DNA from: a virus
Taxonomy: Duplodnaviria > Caudoviricetes
Length of the DNA stretch: 64,000 nucleotides
IMG/VR virus record: IMGVR_UViG_3300026735_000021
Location: 22,625-86,624 of that record
Direction: 5' to 3' (one strand)
Part shown: one piece after another, positions 20,117 through 31,149 of the stretch
How positions within the stretch are numbered: position 1 is the first letter of the stretch
How the letters are laid out: each line of letters opens with the position of its first letter
Translations under genes and position numbers: made by a program
The notes under the pieces: generated by a model
Database searches by the model: none
Seen by the model: the letters and a program-made list of their open reading frames with translations, nothing else
What the model was told of the DNA's origin: nothing

Positions 20117-20854
20117 ATGATTCCAAAAATTATTCACTATTGCTGGTTTGGCGGCAAAGATCTACCTAAAAATGTACAAAAATGCATTGAATCTTGGCGA
20201 AAATTTGCACCAGACTATAAAATTAAGCGCTGGGACGAATCAAATTTAGATGTCAATGCCAATATTTATACTAAAGAAGCTTATAAACACAAGAAATATA
20301 TCTTCGTATCAGACGTTGCTCGACTTTCCGTCGTAGCCAAATATGGCGGTTTTTACCTCGATACCGACGTAGAACTCATTAAACCCCTTGACGAACTTCG
20401 TAAATATGACGCTTTCATGGGAATTGAATCAGGAAAAACAAATGTTAATACAGGTCTAGGTTTTGGAGCCATTCCAAATCATCCTGTTATTATTGAAAAC
20501 ATGAACATGTACAAACATCGTTCATTTATTGATCATAAATCAGGCAAAATAGATTTAACCACAGGCATTACAATTACAAAACAAGCTCTAGCCCAAATGC
20601 TTCCATCATTTGAAGTAACAAATGAGCCCGTAACCATATCTATGTCAAAAACATCATTAAAATTCACAATCCTGCCAATTGACTATCTATGTCCATACAA
20701 TAGGGCATCAGGTAAAACACACATTACAGACAAGACTATATCAATTCACCATTATGATACATCCTGGAAATCAAAAAAAAGACAAATTTTTGAGATTAAA
20801 ATTCGTCAAATACTCGGAGATCACATATATGACAAAATTAAATCACTAAAATAA
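20117..20854 (+). CDS. DXD-motif glycosyltransferase (GT32, capsular polysaccharide synthesis type)
   Basis: MIPKIIHYCWFGG, SDVARL..V.KYGGFYLDTDV, IHHY..SW. Confidence 0.92.
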   Translation: MIPKIIHYCWFGGKDLPKNVQKCIESWRKFAPDYKIKRWDESNLDVNANIYTKEAYKHKKYIFVSDVARLSVVAKYGGFYLDTDVELIKPLDELRKYDAFMGIESGKTNVNTGLGFGAIPNHPVIIENMNMYKHRSFIDHKSGKIDLTTGITITKQALAQMLPSFEVTNEPVTISMSKTSLKFTILPIDYLCPYNRASGKTHITDKTISIHHYDTSWKSKKRQIFEIKIRQILGDHIYDKIKSLK

Positions 20855-20863
20855 GGACAAATA

Positions 20864-21103
20864 ATGAAACTATCATATCCACAAGTACAAGCTCTCAAGT
20901 AAACATTATCTCAATTGATTGACGCAGACCCAAATCAAGGAAATCTTACTATTGAAAACATAACATCCCCAACAATGGAATACTTCGTTAAATTGTTTTC
21001 AAAATGTAAACCCACATCCCCACTAACGATAGCCTCATTATTTTACTTTATTGACGAACAATTACAAACAGCACAAATCAGACTAGAAGAAGATCTTAAT
21101 TGA
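20864..21103 (+). pseudogene. Small gene with in-frame TAA at 20900..20902
   Basis: RBS AAGGA + ATG at 20864 is in frame with ORF 20915..21103, interrupted by one stop codon. Confidence 0.4.
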
Positions 21104-21338
21104 ATTTCACAAAACCCATTTAGATTGGGAAATATCATCAGTTTCAAAATAAATATTAAATATTTAACACTAATCGCAGCATTATACGCAATAACATCTA
21201 TTTTCTATTCTCTATTTTTACCATTATCAAAATAAATTGAGTATCAATTGTTGCTACAACATTAATGCTAATTGTACTTTTAATTAACACCAATAAATTA
21301 TTAAAGGTTAAACTTTAAACCGAAAAGGAATAAAAAAA

Positions 21339-21884
21339 ATGACATCAAACATTATTAACGACATCAAACGCCTCAACATCTCAATTGACTCAGTAGAATA
21401 CGACATCACGATTACAACCCCTGTAAATTTAGATGATTTACAATCAGCTGATAACCTACAATATGCTTTTGACTATCCTCAAATCGATCCAAATACAAAT
21501 CAACCTAAAATGGAAATCACAGGAGACAATGCTACATCGAGCGCCAATATTAATCTTAATGATTTTAATATTATTGTTCAAGATATTGCATTTGACGACC
21601 TCAAAGATGTTTTATCAGATATCATTCCATTCATGGACACAATCAATCGTATCAAAGAATACAAAAAGCCAATTTACATCAAATTACCAAATGAAGAAGA
21701 ATCTATTGAAATTGATATGATCATTCCCGTACCGAATGGACTCTCTCTTAAAATCGTCAATTGGGGAACTACAAATCTACTAAAAGGAACACCAATCACC
21801 ATTGAATTTGATGGAAAAATTGAAACAGTAATTGACAACACAGATTTGCTGAAACTTTTCAAAAATATCGCTCAAAACCTATAA
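21339..21884 (+). CDS. Hypothetical acidic protein
   Basis: 181-aa ORF with RBS AAAGGA. Confidence 0.6.
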   Translation: MTSNIINDIKRLNISIDSVEYDITITTPVNLDDLQSADNLQYAFDYPQIDPNTNQPKMEITGDNATSSANINLNDFNIIVQDIAFDDLKDVLSDIIPFMDTINRIKEYKKPIYIKLPNEEESIEIDMIIPVPNGLSLKIVNWGTTNLLKGTPITIEFDGKIETVIDNTDLLKLFKNIAQNL

Positions 21885-21936
21885 TTGACAAGATATAATT
21901 TGTTATGCTAAACTATATTAAAATATAAACAATCAG

Positions 21937-22689
21937 TTGAAAGGAACTTCACAAGTTATGTACCCATCAAAATCACTCATTACATTCGATCCGAAAAAAT
22001 CTAAACCATTAGCAAAAAAGAATATTCTTCCAGGTGAATCTGTCATTACGATTCATCCAGGATTAAAGTATCCATTCAAAGGCTGTATTGTTAAATGTTT
22101 AGAACACACAGCAATCATTGAAATTACAGAAACTGTTAATATTCCCCAATCTAAAGATCCATCCGATAAAGCATTAGGTATTATGTTAAACAATAGAGTA
22201 CTTGTTGCCTTTAATGAAATTTATAATTCAGACATCTTATGCCCATCCAATCATTTTATTAATCTTATGACCGAAATTGATGACATTAAAAACGAAAAAA
22301 ATAAAATTTATAATGAAATTAATTCAAAATTAGCTAAAATTGAAAATTTGAAAGAAGCAAACTTAGCCCTTCAATCAGTATTAGAACAAAAATGGAAAGA
22401 TATTCGAAAATTCACAAAAGAATCAACAGCGCCTGAACTAACACCCGAATATCTATTAAATAACTGGACAAAAGATGCACTAAAAGATAAACAACCGCAA
22501 ATTGCTACAGCAAAACAAAACCGAGATGTAGCCCAAAATGAATTCGAAGTTACTCAAAACCAATTTGATGCCAATACTTTATCAATGCAGTTTGCCCGAC
22601 AAGAAATTAGTAATCTTAAACATAACCTAAATAATCTCGAGTCAAAACTAAACATTTTATCCTTGGCTAATAATCAAATGGCTATTTAA
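21937..22689 (+). CDS. Hypothetical protein, small beta-barrel-like N-terminus plus coiled coil
   Basis: KGCIVKCLEHTAIIEIT segment then heptad-rich C-terminus; upstream TTGACA-17-TAAACT promoter. Confidence 0.5.
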   Translation: MKGTSQVMYPSKSLITFDPKKSKPLAKKNILPGESVITIHPGLKYPFKGCIVKCLEHTAIIEITETVNIPQSKDPSDKALGIMLNNRVLVAFNEIYNSDILCPSNHFINLMTEIDDIKNEKNKIYNEINSKLAKIENLKEANLALQSVLEQKWKDIRKFTKESTAPELTPEYLLNNWTKDALKDKQPQIATAKQNRDVAQNEFEVTQNQFDANTLSMQFARQEISNLKHNLNNLESKLNILSLANNQMAI

Positions 22690-22773
22690 ATATCTATTAA
22701 GTAACCATATCTTGAAATCAATGATATAATTAAAAGACATCATATTGATGTCTTTTTTTTGAAAGGAATCAAA

Positions 22774-23484
22774 ATGCACACTAAAATCACATTTCAATCA
22801 GAAACCGACTGTATTACTATTAAATCATTAATGGGGATTATACCCAATTCAATAATCGATCCTAATATACTTATACCAAAACCAAAAATACTCGAAGAAT
22901 TTACATCAAGTGTAAATACAGATAAAAGTCAACAGTATGTGGCCTACTATTTGTCATCACTTCCAAAAAATATTCGAGATAAAATGCTTATTAAATTAAA
23001 TAAAATACACCTTAATGACTCGGACAAAAGCGAACGCGATAACATTGAACCAAAAATAAACCAATTTTTGCACCCATTATTATTATTAGAATGGCTTCGT
23101 ATAAATAAATCATACGGATATGGCTACACCATATCAAATCAAAAAGAAATAGGAAAAAAATTGTTTGAAGCCATAATTTCATGCCAATCTTATGACCTAC
23201 CTCAATGGCTATTTTCTAATTGGGGAACAAAATGGCAACCAGAATTAGTATCTCAATCAGATCTGTCTATTTTATTCATTACGGCTGACACTCACCCATT
23301 TAAATATATAAGGAAATTATCGGAAAAAGCACCAAATATAGAAATGTATATTGATTTTGCTGATGAATCTCCTTTCAATAATACATTTGGAAACTATCTC
23401 ATTCATAATGGTAATACCTCGATATTAGAACAAAAACCAAAATATGAAATTTTATCAAAAATAAAAAAAGGATATAATTCATGA
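22774..23484 (+). CDS. Hypothetical protein with NWGTKW motif (DUF1281-like)
   Basis: W...NWGTKW motif, F.TA..HP, and FADE near the C-terminus. Confidence 0.55.
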   Translation: MHTKITFQSETDCITIKSLMGIIPNSIIDPNILIPKPKILEEFTSSVNTDKSQQYVAYYLSSLPKNIRDKMLIKLNKIHLNDSDKSERDNIEPKINQFLHPLLLLEWLRINKSYGYGYTISNQKEIGKKLFEAIISCQSYDLPQWLFSNWGTKWQPELVSQSDLSILFITADTHPFKYIRKLSEKAPNIEMYIDFADESPFNNTFGNYLIHNGNTSILEQKPKYEILSKIKKGYNS

Positions 23485-24359
23485 AAAAAATTACCACAAT
23501 ATCAATTGCATTATTAGCTGCACTTTTAACTCTAACCGGTTGTTCTCAAATTAAAAACAATATTGACATCAAAAAACAAGATGACAAATCAAAAACAGTA
23601 AACATTACCCAGCCATCAGTTGACAGCCACAAGAATTGGCCCAACCAAGCAACCGCAGCATATATCAGAGACAAAGATGATATCAATAATATCACTAAAT
23701 ATCCAGAATATCATAAAGAAGTCAAGCCATTCATCACAACAAATGACCACGTAAAAACAAAAGAACAATGGACAAGGTACGACAAGCTTGACTCATTAGG
23801 TCGAGCTACAATGGCTACAGGTCTAATCAACAAAAATACACTTCTTGCTCAAAAAGATCTTGGCCGTCCACCCTTTTCTTCATCTTTAGTTATTGCCGGT
23901 GAACGCACCCCTAATCGTTTCACAGATAAATGGGAAAACGTATCAGGGTCTAAATCAAACAATCAAAAAGTCAATTTAAAAATGGCTAAATCATCATACA
24001 ATGGTTGGCTTTATAACAAAAGCCATTTATTAGCATGGTCTCTAGGTGGAGATATGACCGACCATAATCTTATTCTCGGAACTCGTGCTCAAAATGTAGG
24101 ATCAAACTACTCAAAAGACCCGGGTGGAATGAGCTATATCGAAACAAAAACTCGAGACTACCTTTATGCTAATGATAAAGCTATAGTATTATATACAGCA
24201 ATTCCCGTATATGACGGTGATGAATTATTACCTCGTGCTGTTTATGTTGAAGCCTATGATATTGATAATCCATCTAAATTTTCAATTGGAACATGGATAT
24301 CAAATCAACAACAAGGTGTGTCTATTAACTACACCACAGGTGAAGCCAAAATCAAATAA
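23481..24359 (+). CDS. Lipoprotein DNA/RNA non-specific endonuclease (EndA/DNA-entry nuclease family)
   Basis: Lipobox LTGC; Y.KLDSLGRAT; YNKSHLLA..LGG; NL..GT..QN; M.YIE; YTAIPVY.G.EL.PRAV. Confidence 0.88.
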   Translation: MKKITTISIALLAALLTLTGCSQIKNNIDIKKQDDKSKTVNITQPSVDSHKNWPNQATAAYIRDKDDINNITKYPEYHKEVKPFITTNDHVKTKEQWTRYDKLDSLGRATMATGLINKNTLLAQKDLGRPPFSSSLVIAGERTPNRFTDKWENVSGSKSNNQKVNLKMAKSSYNGWLYNKSHLLAWSLGGDMTDHNLILGTRAQNVGSNYSKDPGGMSYIETKTRDYLYANDKAIVLYTAIPVYDGDELLPRAVYVEAYDIDNPSKFSIGTWISNQQQGVSINYTTGEAKIK

Positions 24360-24368
24360 GGAGCAATA

Positions 24369-25691
24369 ATGCTAGAAAAAAATCTTGTATCAACACTACT
24401 TAAAATCAAAGACACATCGTCGAAAACACAAAAACAACAAATTGTTAAAGAAAATGCGGATACACCATTGCTTAAAGAAGCTTTGGTGTTTATGTTAAAC
24501 CCTTTTACAAAAATTGGAATCTCAACAATTTCATTATCAAAAGATATTGAACCTATTCAAGAATACACAGAATTTAACACTGTGCTAGAATACCTTATTG
24601 ACAACCCAACTGGATCAAATAAATCCATTGCCATCCTCTTAGGCTATCTCAATCAATTTGATGACACAACTAAATCTGTATTATCTGAAGTATTTGCTAA
24701 ATCATTGAGTGTCGGCATGTCAGCAAAGTCTGTCAATAAAGCCTTTAATGAAAACCTTATTCCCATTTTTGATGTCCAACTTGCGTTTTCTATCGATAAA
24801 TACATTCAGGATATCACTGAAGATGAAAAGTTGTATGTAACACAAAAACTTGATGGAACACGATGTATCGTCAAAGTACAAAACGAAACATCATGTGAAT
24901 TATACTCACGTAAAGGTATAAAACAAGAAGGATTTGATGAATTAGAAAATGATATACTATCATTTATCAGTAAAAATCAACACCTTATGCAACATTTTCC
25001 GAATGGAATCGTTCTTGATGGCGAACTCTTACTTAAAAATACAAAAAACCTTAGCGTTCATGAATTATTCAGAGCATCAGCTAAAGAAATCCGCAAAAAA
25101 GGACAAAAATCAAATATTCAATTAAACATCTTTGATTGTATTCCCCTTGACGAATTCCTAACATCAGAAACATCAAGCAAGCCCTATTCTCATCGTCGAG
25201 AATCTTGGCTTAATGCTATGATTAAAACCGATTTAGTAGCACCTATCCCCTTGTTAGGCATTATTACTAAAGATCAAATTCAAAATTGGGCAACAATTGC
25301 AAAACAAAATAAATGGGAAGGCGTAATGTTGAATAGAGCAACAGGGCTTTATGCAAAAAAACGTTCTAAAGATATCCTAAAAGTAAAGCAAATGAAATCA
25401 GCTGACGTTGAAATTGTAGGATTTAACCAAGCCATCGAAGGCAAATTTAAAGGAAAACTAAAATCATTAATTGTTAGTCTAGGTAATGGAAAGACAACAG
25501 ATGTAGGATTTGGTATCTCAGATAAACTTAAAACTGAAATTTGGGATAATCAAGATTTCTATCTAGGAAAAATGATTGAAATTCAATATTTCCAAAAATC
25601 TGAAAACCAAAAAGGAGGTGAAGCATTGCGTCACGCAGGATTTACTCGATTCCGTTTCGATAAAACACCTGATGATACAAATATTGAATAA
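24369..25691 (+). CDS. ATP-dependent DNA ligase
   Basis: KLDG motif I (TQKLDGTRC), VLDGEL (III), IFD (IIIa), EGVML (IV), LKVK (V), OB-fold end. Confidence 0.93.
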   Translation: MLEKNLVSTLLKIKDTSSKTQKQQIVKENADTPLLKEALVFMLNPFTKIGISTISLSKDIEPIQEYTEFNTVLEYLIDNPTGSNKSIAILLGYLNQFDDTTKSVLSEVFAKSLSVGMSAKSVNKAFNENLIPIFDVQLAFSIDKYIQDITEDEKLYVTQKLDGTRCIVKVQNETSCELYSRKGIKQEGFDELENDILSFISKNQHLMQHFPNGIVLDGELLLKNTKNLSVHELFRASAKEIRKKGQKSNIQLNIFDCIPLDEFLTSETSSKPYSHRRESWLNAMIKTDLVAPIPLLGIITKDQIQNWATIAKQNKWEGVMLNRATGLYAKKRSKDILKVKQMKSADVEIVGFNQAIEGKFKGKLKSLIVSLGNGKTTDVGFGISDKLKTEIWDNQDFYLGKMIEIQYFQKSENQKGGEALRHAGFTRFRFDKTPDDTNIE

Positions 25692-25692
25692 T

Positions 25693-26643
25693 ATGGATAA
25701 ATTAAAAGATAATCAAATCAGAAAAGCCATTGTTAAATCATTAAAAGGCCACATTCTTTTACACGAATTTACATTCATGTTCAATAATACCATTGCAGAC
25801 ATCTTAGACGTAACATCAGATAAAATCACAAGTTACGAAATTAAAAGTGACTATGATTCATATGCCAGACTTCCTAATCAAATCATTGGTTACAATAGCG
25901 TTTGTTCATTCAAATATATCGTAATCGGAGCATCAAAAGAATCATCAATATACGATCACATTCCTGATGATTATGGTATCATTGTGGCATCAAGCATTAA
26001 CAACAAAATTGAATTAACAACAATCAGAAAACCTATTGAAAACAAAAATATTCAAGTAGAACCTATGATTGAATGGCTTCCATCAACAATAATTAAATCT
26101 ATAGCTAAAGCACAACCCATAATTTTAGCAAAATATGATAACAAGAAAACACAAGTAAACAAAACACCTAAACACGTATTAATACAAGATATATTGTCTA
26201 ATATGCGAAATGAAATCATCATTGAAGAAGCAATGACTTACCTCAAGTCCGACGGTCTAGCTACAAAACGAGACGAACTCAAAGGCTGGAGAGATATAAT
26301 CAAAAACAAAGAAAAGGCGTCTATAGACGCCGAGTATGGCTATCGTATTTCAAACTTCCAATACTGGACAGAAGATTTAAAATTAGCCCAATCATCCAAA
26401 CGTTGGTCAAGACTCAAAACATTAGACTCATATCTACCATTGTCATTATATAACAAAGCCGCTTACACATATAGAGCCCACTTTGACTTCGATGACTCTG
26501 AATCAATTGTACTAGTCTTTGATGACAACCCAAAACTATCATTTCCTGCGGAAAAAAGGCTCTTTGATACATTAGAACAATCTTTAATTAACAAAGATCC
26601 TTATCAAAAAGTATTATTTAAATTAAAACTCAAATTTAAATAA
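25693..26643 (+). CDS. sce7726-family PD-(D/E)xK-like protein
   Basis: HEF...TIADI...YEIKSD.DSY.RL.NQI..Y; ATG at 25693 follows the ligase stop. Confidence 0.7.
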   Translation: MDKLKDNQIRKAIVKSLKGHILLHEFTFMFNNTIADILDVTSDKITSYEIKSDYDSYARLPNQIIGYNSVCSFKYIVIGASKESSIYDHIPDDYGIIVASSINNKIELTTIRKPIENKNIQVEPMIEWLPSTIIKSIAKAQPIILAKYDNKKTQVNKTPKHVLIQDILSNMRNEIIIEEAMTYLKSDGLATKRDELKGWRDIIKNKEKASIDAEYGYRISNFQYWTEDLKLAQSSKRWSRLKTLDSYLPLSLYNKAAYTYRAHFDFDDSESIVLVFDDNPKLSFPAEKRLFDTLEQSLINKDPYQKVLFKLKLKFK

Positions 26644-26647
26644 TACG

Positions 26648-26676
26648 AAAACTACTCTATAGAGTAGTTTTTTTTT
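26648..26676 (+). terminator. Intrinsic terminator
   Basis: AAAACTACTCT/AGAGTAGTTTT hairpin with T run. Confidence 0.8.
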
Positions 26677-26882
26677 ATATGCAAAACTTAATGTAAAATC
26701 TCATTTGCCAATAAAGATTTCACTCTTATTATATTATAAATCTTATAGTATAATAGATCATGTAGCAGAAGCTCATATTTAGCATTCTCTGCTATTTAAT
26801 TTAACAATGCATAGCAATTTACCATAAATTAAAAGCAAGGGCTTAAAAGCCAAAATATCGCAATGTGCGAAAGGATAAAATC

Positions 26883-29690
26883 ATGCCAACAATTTCACCA
26901 TTTCAAGACTTACCTGTTGTTCAAGGATTTTTTGACATCACTAAAGTTAAAAGCTCCAACCGAGATTCCAAAATAGATAAAGCATCAGATGATATGTCAA
27001 CCATTGATCGGTTATGGTTAGAAGGTACATTTCATCAATTGAAATTGTCATCTACTCCTGAAAAACCAGAATATGAAACAATTCCACGAGTAACAATGAA
27101 CATCAAAGATAATGACGTACAGATCAATGATCGTATTGTAATTACTGCTCGTAAAAAAGTTGAAAAAAGAATATTTAAGGGTCGAGAATACACTAATATT
27201 TCATTAGAGCCAATTCAATACAACAACCAATCCAGCTCTGACCGTCTAATATCTGAGCAATTTCAATACGGAACAATGGCTCAGTTTTTACAAACCAATG
27301 TAAAAAATGTAGGTAAAACCACGTCTAAAAAATTAGTACAACTCTTAGGCACAGACGCTAAAACTTTCATCCAAAATTTACTTCAATTGAAAGATCCCAA
27401 CCACCCATTTAGTATGGAAATTAAAGGGTACAGGTCTGGTGACAAAATCTATAAAGGTCTTTATAATTATCTTGTTAATAAATTTCCAGAATTAGACCAA
27501 AGTTTATTTGTATTGTTCGAAGATTTAGAACGAGAAAAACTCATCAAACCAAGTGATCTCACCATTCCACATTTTGAATGGGCTCTCACACAAAACGAAT
27601 GGGCTCATATTCAAAAACTAAATGAAAATTATACAAATGATCCATCAAAATTTATATGGACAAATCCATTTCAAGCCCTATTAACCAATATTGCGGAAAA
27701 ACAAGGAATTGCTAGGCTTTATGGTTCTAAAATTAAACGATTAATTACAGCCATTCAAATTGCAAAATCAACACCAATGGAAATTATTCTTCCACCGTTG
27801 TTGTATGATGCAATCATTACCAATACAAACAAAACAAAAGATACAGCCATTCCAGTTGATGCTGGCAATATATTCACGCCTATGGCTAACGAAGTAAGAA
27901 CATGGATGTATTCAAACCTATCTAAGCCTCATGATCAAACCTTAAGTTTACTCAATAATTTAGAAGCATTGGGAGAGCAACCCTTTTCATCATGGAACTT
28001 AGATCCAAAACAAAAATTGGTTAAATACTATGATGGCTACATTATGACAGCCAGACAATTCCAAATCAACAAAGAATTAGCCAAAGAAATCAAATTTAGA
28101 ACCAATCGAAAAACACAGCCATTAGTTGACCCTGATATTCTTGAACAAATTGTAATTTCGGAATTTCAAAAAGATATTCCAAATGGAACACTTGACCCAT
28201 CACAACTTGATGCCATCAAATTGAGCAATAAATCAACCATGTCTATCATCACAGGTGGGCCAGGTACGGGTAAAACTACAATTGTAAAATATTTGTTAAA
28301 AGCTTGGCTATCACAGTGCCGAAATTATGCGGAATTCATTGAATCCGTCGCATTGATGGCCCCAACCGGGAAAGCCGCAAAACGAATGTCTGAACAAGTT
28401 CACAATATTGCTGGGCCATATACATTATCTCAATTAAAGGCCTCAACAATTCATTCAAGATTACAATTATCTATTGACTCTAATGAATTCATGACAAGCA
28501 ATGATGTCATCAAAGAATCAGGAAAAATTAAACTCGTTATTATTGATGAAGCGTCAATGTTAGACGAAGCATTAATGAACGCAGTCTTATCTAAAATTGG
28601 AAGATCTATCAAAATCGTAATACTTGGTGACGTTGACCAAATTCCATCAATTTCTAACGGAAAAGTACTACAAGATTTAATTGAATCTAATGTCATTCCT
28701 ACATCAAAACTAGATGTAACACATAGAAACGGCGGGGTTATTGCCGAAAACGCAAGACATATCAGACACGGAGATCCTGTATCCGCCTGGAACTTATCAC
28801 AGCCTGAATTTAAAATCATTAACAGTCCTGATTTTCCTGTTGACTCACTTCAAATGCATGAGTTCTTGTATACCCATATCGCATCGAAATACTTACATCT
28901 AAAACCAGATGATTTCTCAAAATTTGCAGTATTATCGCCATTCAAAAACAAAGAAAAATTTAACAACGGCTTCAATGCACCTCGATTAGCGACAGCGTTA
29001 ATCAATGAAAATGTACAAAGAATCTTACATACACACCCAACACCACAAGAAACCCTAAATGTTAAGAAAACACCATATCCTAATGATTTAGGTACAAATT
29101 TCTACTTGAGAGACTATGTTATTAATACAACCAATTTTAATGTCATTAGTTTTGACAATGCGGCTGAGTGTAAAAAATTTATTTTCCAAGTTATAAATGG
29201 GAATTACATCGGAAATGTAAATCAACAAGAACAACTAGCAAAACTAAATAATTACCATCATCACAAGGAAACCATCTTTAATGGTGATACTGGTTTTATT
29301 TATGACATCATTAATGGTGTAATTAGTAAGGCGACAGGTGAAGTAGTAAATGCTGCAATCATCAAAATTGATGATATGTTCGTTCCGTTTATTGATGTAG
29401 AACTCACACAAATAGATTTGGCTTATGCTATTACAACACATAAATCACAAGGATCTGAATTTGACGAAGTTCTTGTAATTCAACCTGAATTTAATTCTTA
29501 TTTGAAAAACATGACATCTCGTGAATTAATTTATACAGCTGTGACCCGGGCTAAAAAATCTGTTTCAATTTTAGGTGAATATGATTCCATCAATTTAGCT
29601 TTAGCTACTCGATCAAATCAACGGATTACTGTATTATCATCATCATTCTTACAATCAAATCCTATAACATTTAATAATAAAAAGCCATGA
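26883..29690 (+). CDS. RecD2/TraA-like SF1B helicase
   Basis: ITGGPGTGKT, APTGKAA.R, TIH..L, IIDEASM, LGDVDQIPSI, FNGDTG, AITTHKSQGSEF, YTAVTRAK. Confidence 0.92.
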   Translation: MPTISPFQDLPVVQGFFDITKVKSSNRDSKIDKASDDMSTIDRLWLEGTFHQLKLSSTPEKPEYETIPRVTMNIKDNDVQINDRIVITARKKVEKRIFKGREYTNISLEPIQYNNQSSSDRLISEQFQYGTMAQFLQTNVKNVGKTTSKKLVQLLGTDAKTFIQNLLQLKDPNHPFSMEIKGYRSGDKIYKGLYNYLVNKFPELDQSLFVLFEDLEREKLIKPSDLTIPHFEWALTQNEWAHIQKLNENYTNDPSKFIWTNPFQALLTNIAEKQGIARLYGSKIKRLITAIQIAKSTPMEIILPPLLYDAIITNTNKTKDTAIPVDAGNIFTPMANEVRTWMYSNLSKPHDQTLSLLNNLEALGEQPFSSWNLDPKQKLVKYYDGYIMTARQFQINKELAKEIKFRTNRKTQPLVDPDILEQIVISEFQKDIPNGTLDPSQLDAIKLSNKSTMSIITGGPGTGKTTIVKYLLKAWLSQCRNYAEFIESVALMAPTGKAAKRMSEQVHNIAGPYTLSQLKASTIHSRLQLSIDSNEFMTSNDVIKESGKIKLVIIDEASMLDEALMNAVLSKIGRSIKIVILGDVDQIPSISNGKVLQDLIESNVIPTSKLDVTHRNGGVIAENARHIRHGDPVSAWNLSQPEFKIINSPDFPVDSLQMHEFLYTHIASKYLHLKPDDFSKFAVLSPFKNKEKFNNGFNAPRLATALINENVQRILHTHPTPQETLNVKKTPYPNDLGTNFYLRDYVINTTNFNVISFDNAAECKKFIFQVINGNYIGNVNQQEQLAKLNNYHHHKETIFNGDTGFIYDIINGVISKATGEVVNAAIIKIDDMFVPFIDVELTQIDLAYAITTHKSQGSEFDEVLVIQPEFNSYLKNMTSRELIYTAVTRAKKSVSILGEYDSINLALATRSNQRITVLSSSFLQSNPITFNNKKP

Positions 29691-29695
29691 CACAC

Positions 29696-29725
29696 AAAAA
29701 GACTACAATATGTAGTCTTTTTTTT
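29696..29725. terminator. Bidirectional terminator between convergent genes
   Basis: AAAAAGACTAC-AATAT-GTAGTCTTTTT. Confidence 0.8.
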
Positions 29726-31082
29726 ATACATCCAAGATGAATCGTAATAAATCTAATACTTTTTCAGGATCACCACCTGTTTCTAATTGAACAACAGAGC
29801 CAGCTGTAGCAACTTGCATCATTGTGTCGTAAGCCAAACGGGCTTTTGTACGAGGATTCGTATGAACATCTTTATAAGCTGGAATTCCAAACATATAATC
29901 AACAAATTTAGGAAATTCTTGTTTGACTTGAGGTTTGACATAAAGATTTGATAATTTTTCAATCTCTTTTTTACGTGTAGCCTCTGCCTTACGAGCTTGT
30001 TCCATTTTTTCAGCTAGAGCTTTAGCCTCGGCATCAGCTTTTGCTTGAGCTTCAGTATCACGCAAGCGTTGAGCTTCCTCTTGTTGTTTCTTGATTCGAG
30101 CCATTTCTTTAGCTTCTTGCTCACGCTTAATCTTAGCTTCAGCCTCAGCTTTTTCTCTTAATTCAGCGGCTCTACGTTCCGCTTCAAGTTTACGTTCTGC
30201 ATTAATTTTTAAAGCCTCACCCTCAGTAATAACATATTGAGGTGATGGATTGGCTTTAAATCCAGTCAACAATTTAAACTGATCAACTGATGATAGGCCC
30301 CATGAGTTTGACTCAATAGATTGCAAGGCTGTGCTCCACTCAAACACAATGTTTGAAACATTTGTTCTTACTTTCTCTGTAATTTTTCGAGTCTTAGCTC
30401 CTGATACCAATTTTGGATTAATCAAACGGAATCGACTAAAGTCTTGAAGCTCTGGTGCCAATCTAGCAATAATATTATATTGAGCAATACTTGCTTCAAA
30501 TGTTGATTTCAATTCAGCCCATCGTTGATTTGCTCTATGTGCTGTGATATCATTTTTCAATTGATTAATATCGGCTTTGGCTGTAACTAAATCATCAAAT
30601 TTAGCAGCTGTCAATTTGTCATCTAAATATTTAACAGCTTTATCACGTTGATCGTTAAAATAATCTTTAATGGCTTTTCTATCTTTTGTAATTGATGTGC
30701 TAAATGATGAAATTGCATCAAGAGCTTTCAAGTTTTCATTCAATGACTCTTCATCAATACTTTCAACAAACTCATCTGGATTTTTTCGCCAGTCAGTCAA
30801 TAACATATCAACTTGTTTCAATTTCTCAGGAATTTCTGCAAGAATCTTATTAAAAGCATCTGTTTCAGCAACATCGGGTGTAATTTGAACGACAGCCATG
30901 CTCGTTTCAACCGGAGCACTTTCAAGTCGTTTATGGGTTGCTGTGCTTTCACCAATAATAGTTCCATCGGAATCGAGTAAATCAGCAACAGGCTCAAAAA
31001 CCTCTTGTTGTTTTTCTTCAAAATCAACGTTTTGCTCTGTTTCTTGTGCCTGCGCAGCCCATGTATCAAAAATGTCACTCAT
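29724..31082 (-). CDS. Coiled-coil protein (DUF1351-like, uncertain)
   Basis: Long helical E/K/A-rich tract; TKDRKAIK segment resembles DUF1351 proteins. Confidence 0.5.
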   Translation of the reverse strand: MSDIFDTWAAQAQETEQNVDFEEKQQEVFEPVADLLDSDGTIIGESTATHKRLESAPVETSMAVVQITPDVAETDAFNKILAEIPEKLKQVDMLLTDWRKNPDEFVESIDEESLNENLKALDAISSFSTSITKDRKAIKDYFNDQRDKAVKYLDDKLTAAKFDDLVTAKADINQLKNDITAHRANQRWAELKSTFEASIAQYNIIARLAPELQDFSRFRLINPKLVSGAKTRKITEKVRTNVSNIVFEWSTALQSIESNSWGLSSVDQFKLLTGFKANPSPQYVITEGEALKINAERKLEAERRAAELREKAEAEAKIKREQEAKEMARIKKQQEEAQRLRDTEAQAKADAEAKALAEKMEQARKAEATRKKEIEKLSNLYVKPQVKQEFPKFVDYMFGIPAYKDVHTNPRTKARLAYDTMMQVATAGSVVQLETGGDPEKVLDLLRFILDV

Positions 31083-31135
31083 AATAATAATATCCCTTCG
31101 ATCTTTTTATCTATATCTTATTATAGCATAATTCG

Positions 31136-31149
31136 GCTGATATATCAAC
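31136..31149. promoter_or_regulatory. Palindromic operator candidate
   Basis: GCTGATATATCAAC overlapping the -35 of TTGATA-17-TATAAT promoter for 29724..31082. Confidence 0.55.
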
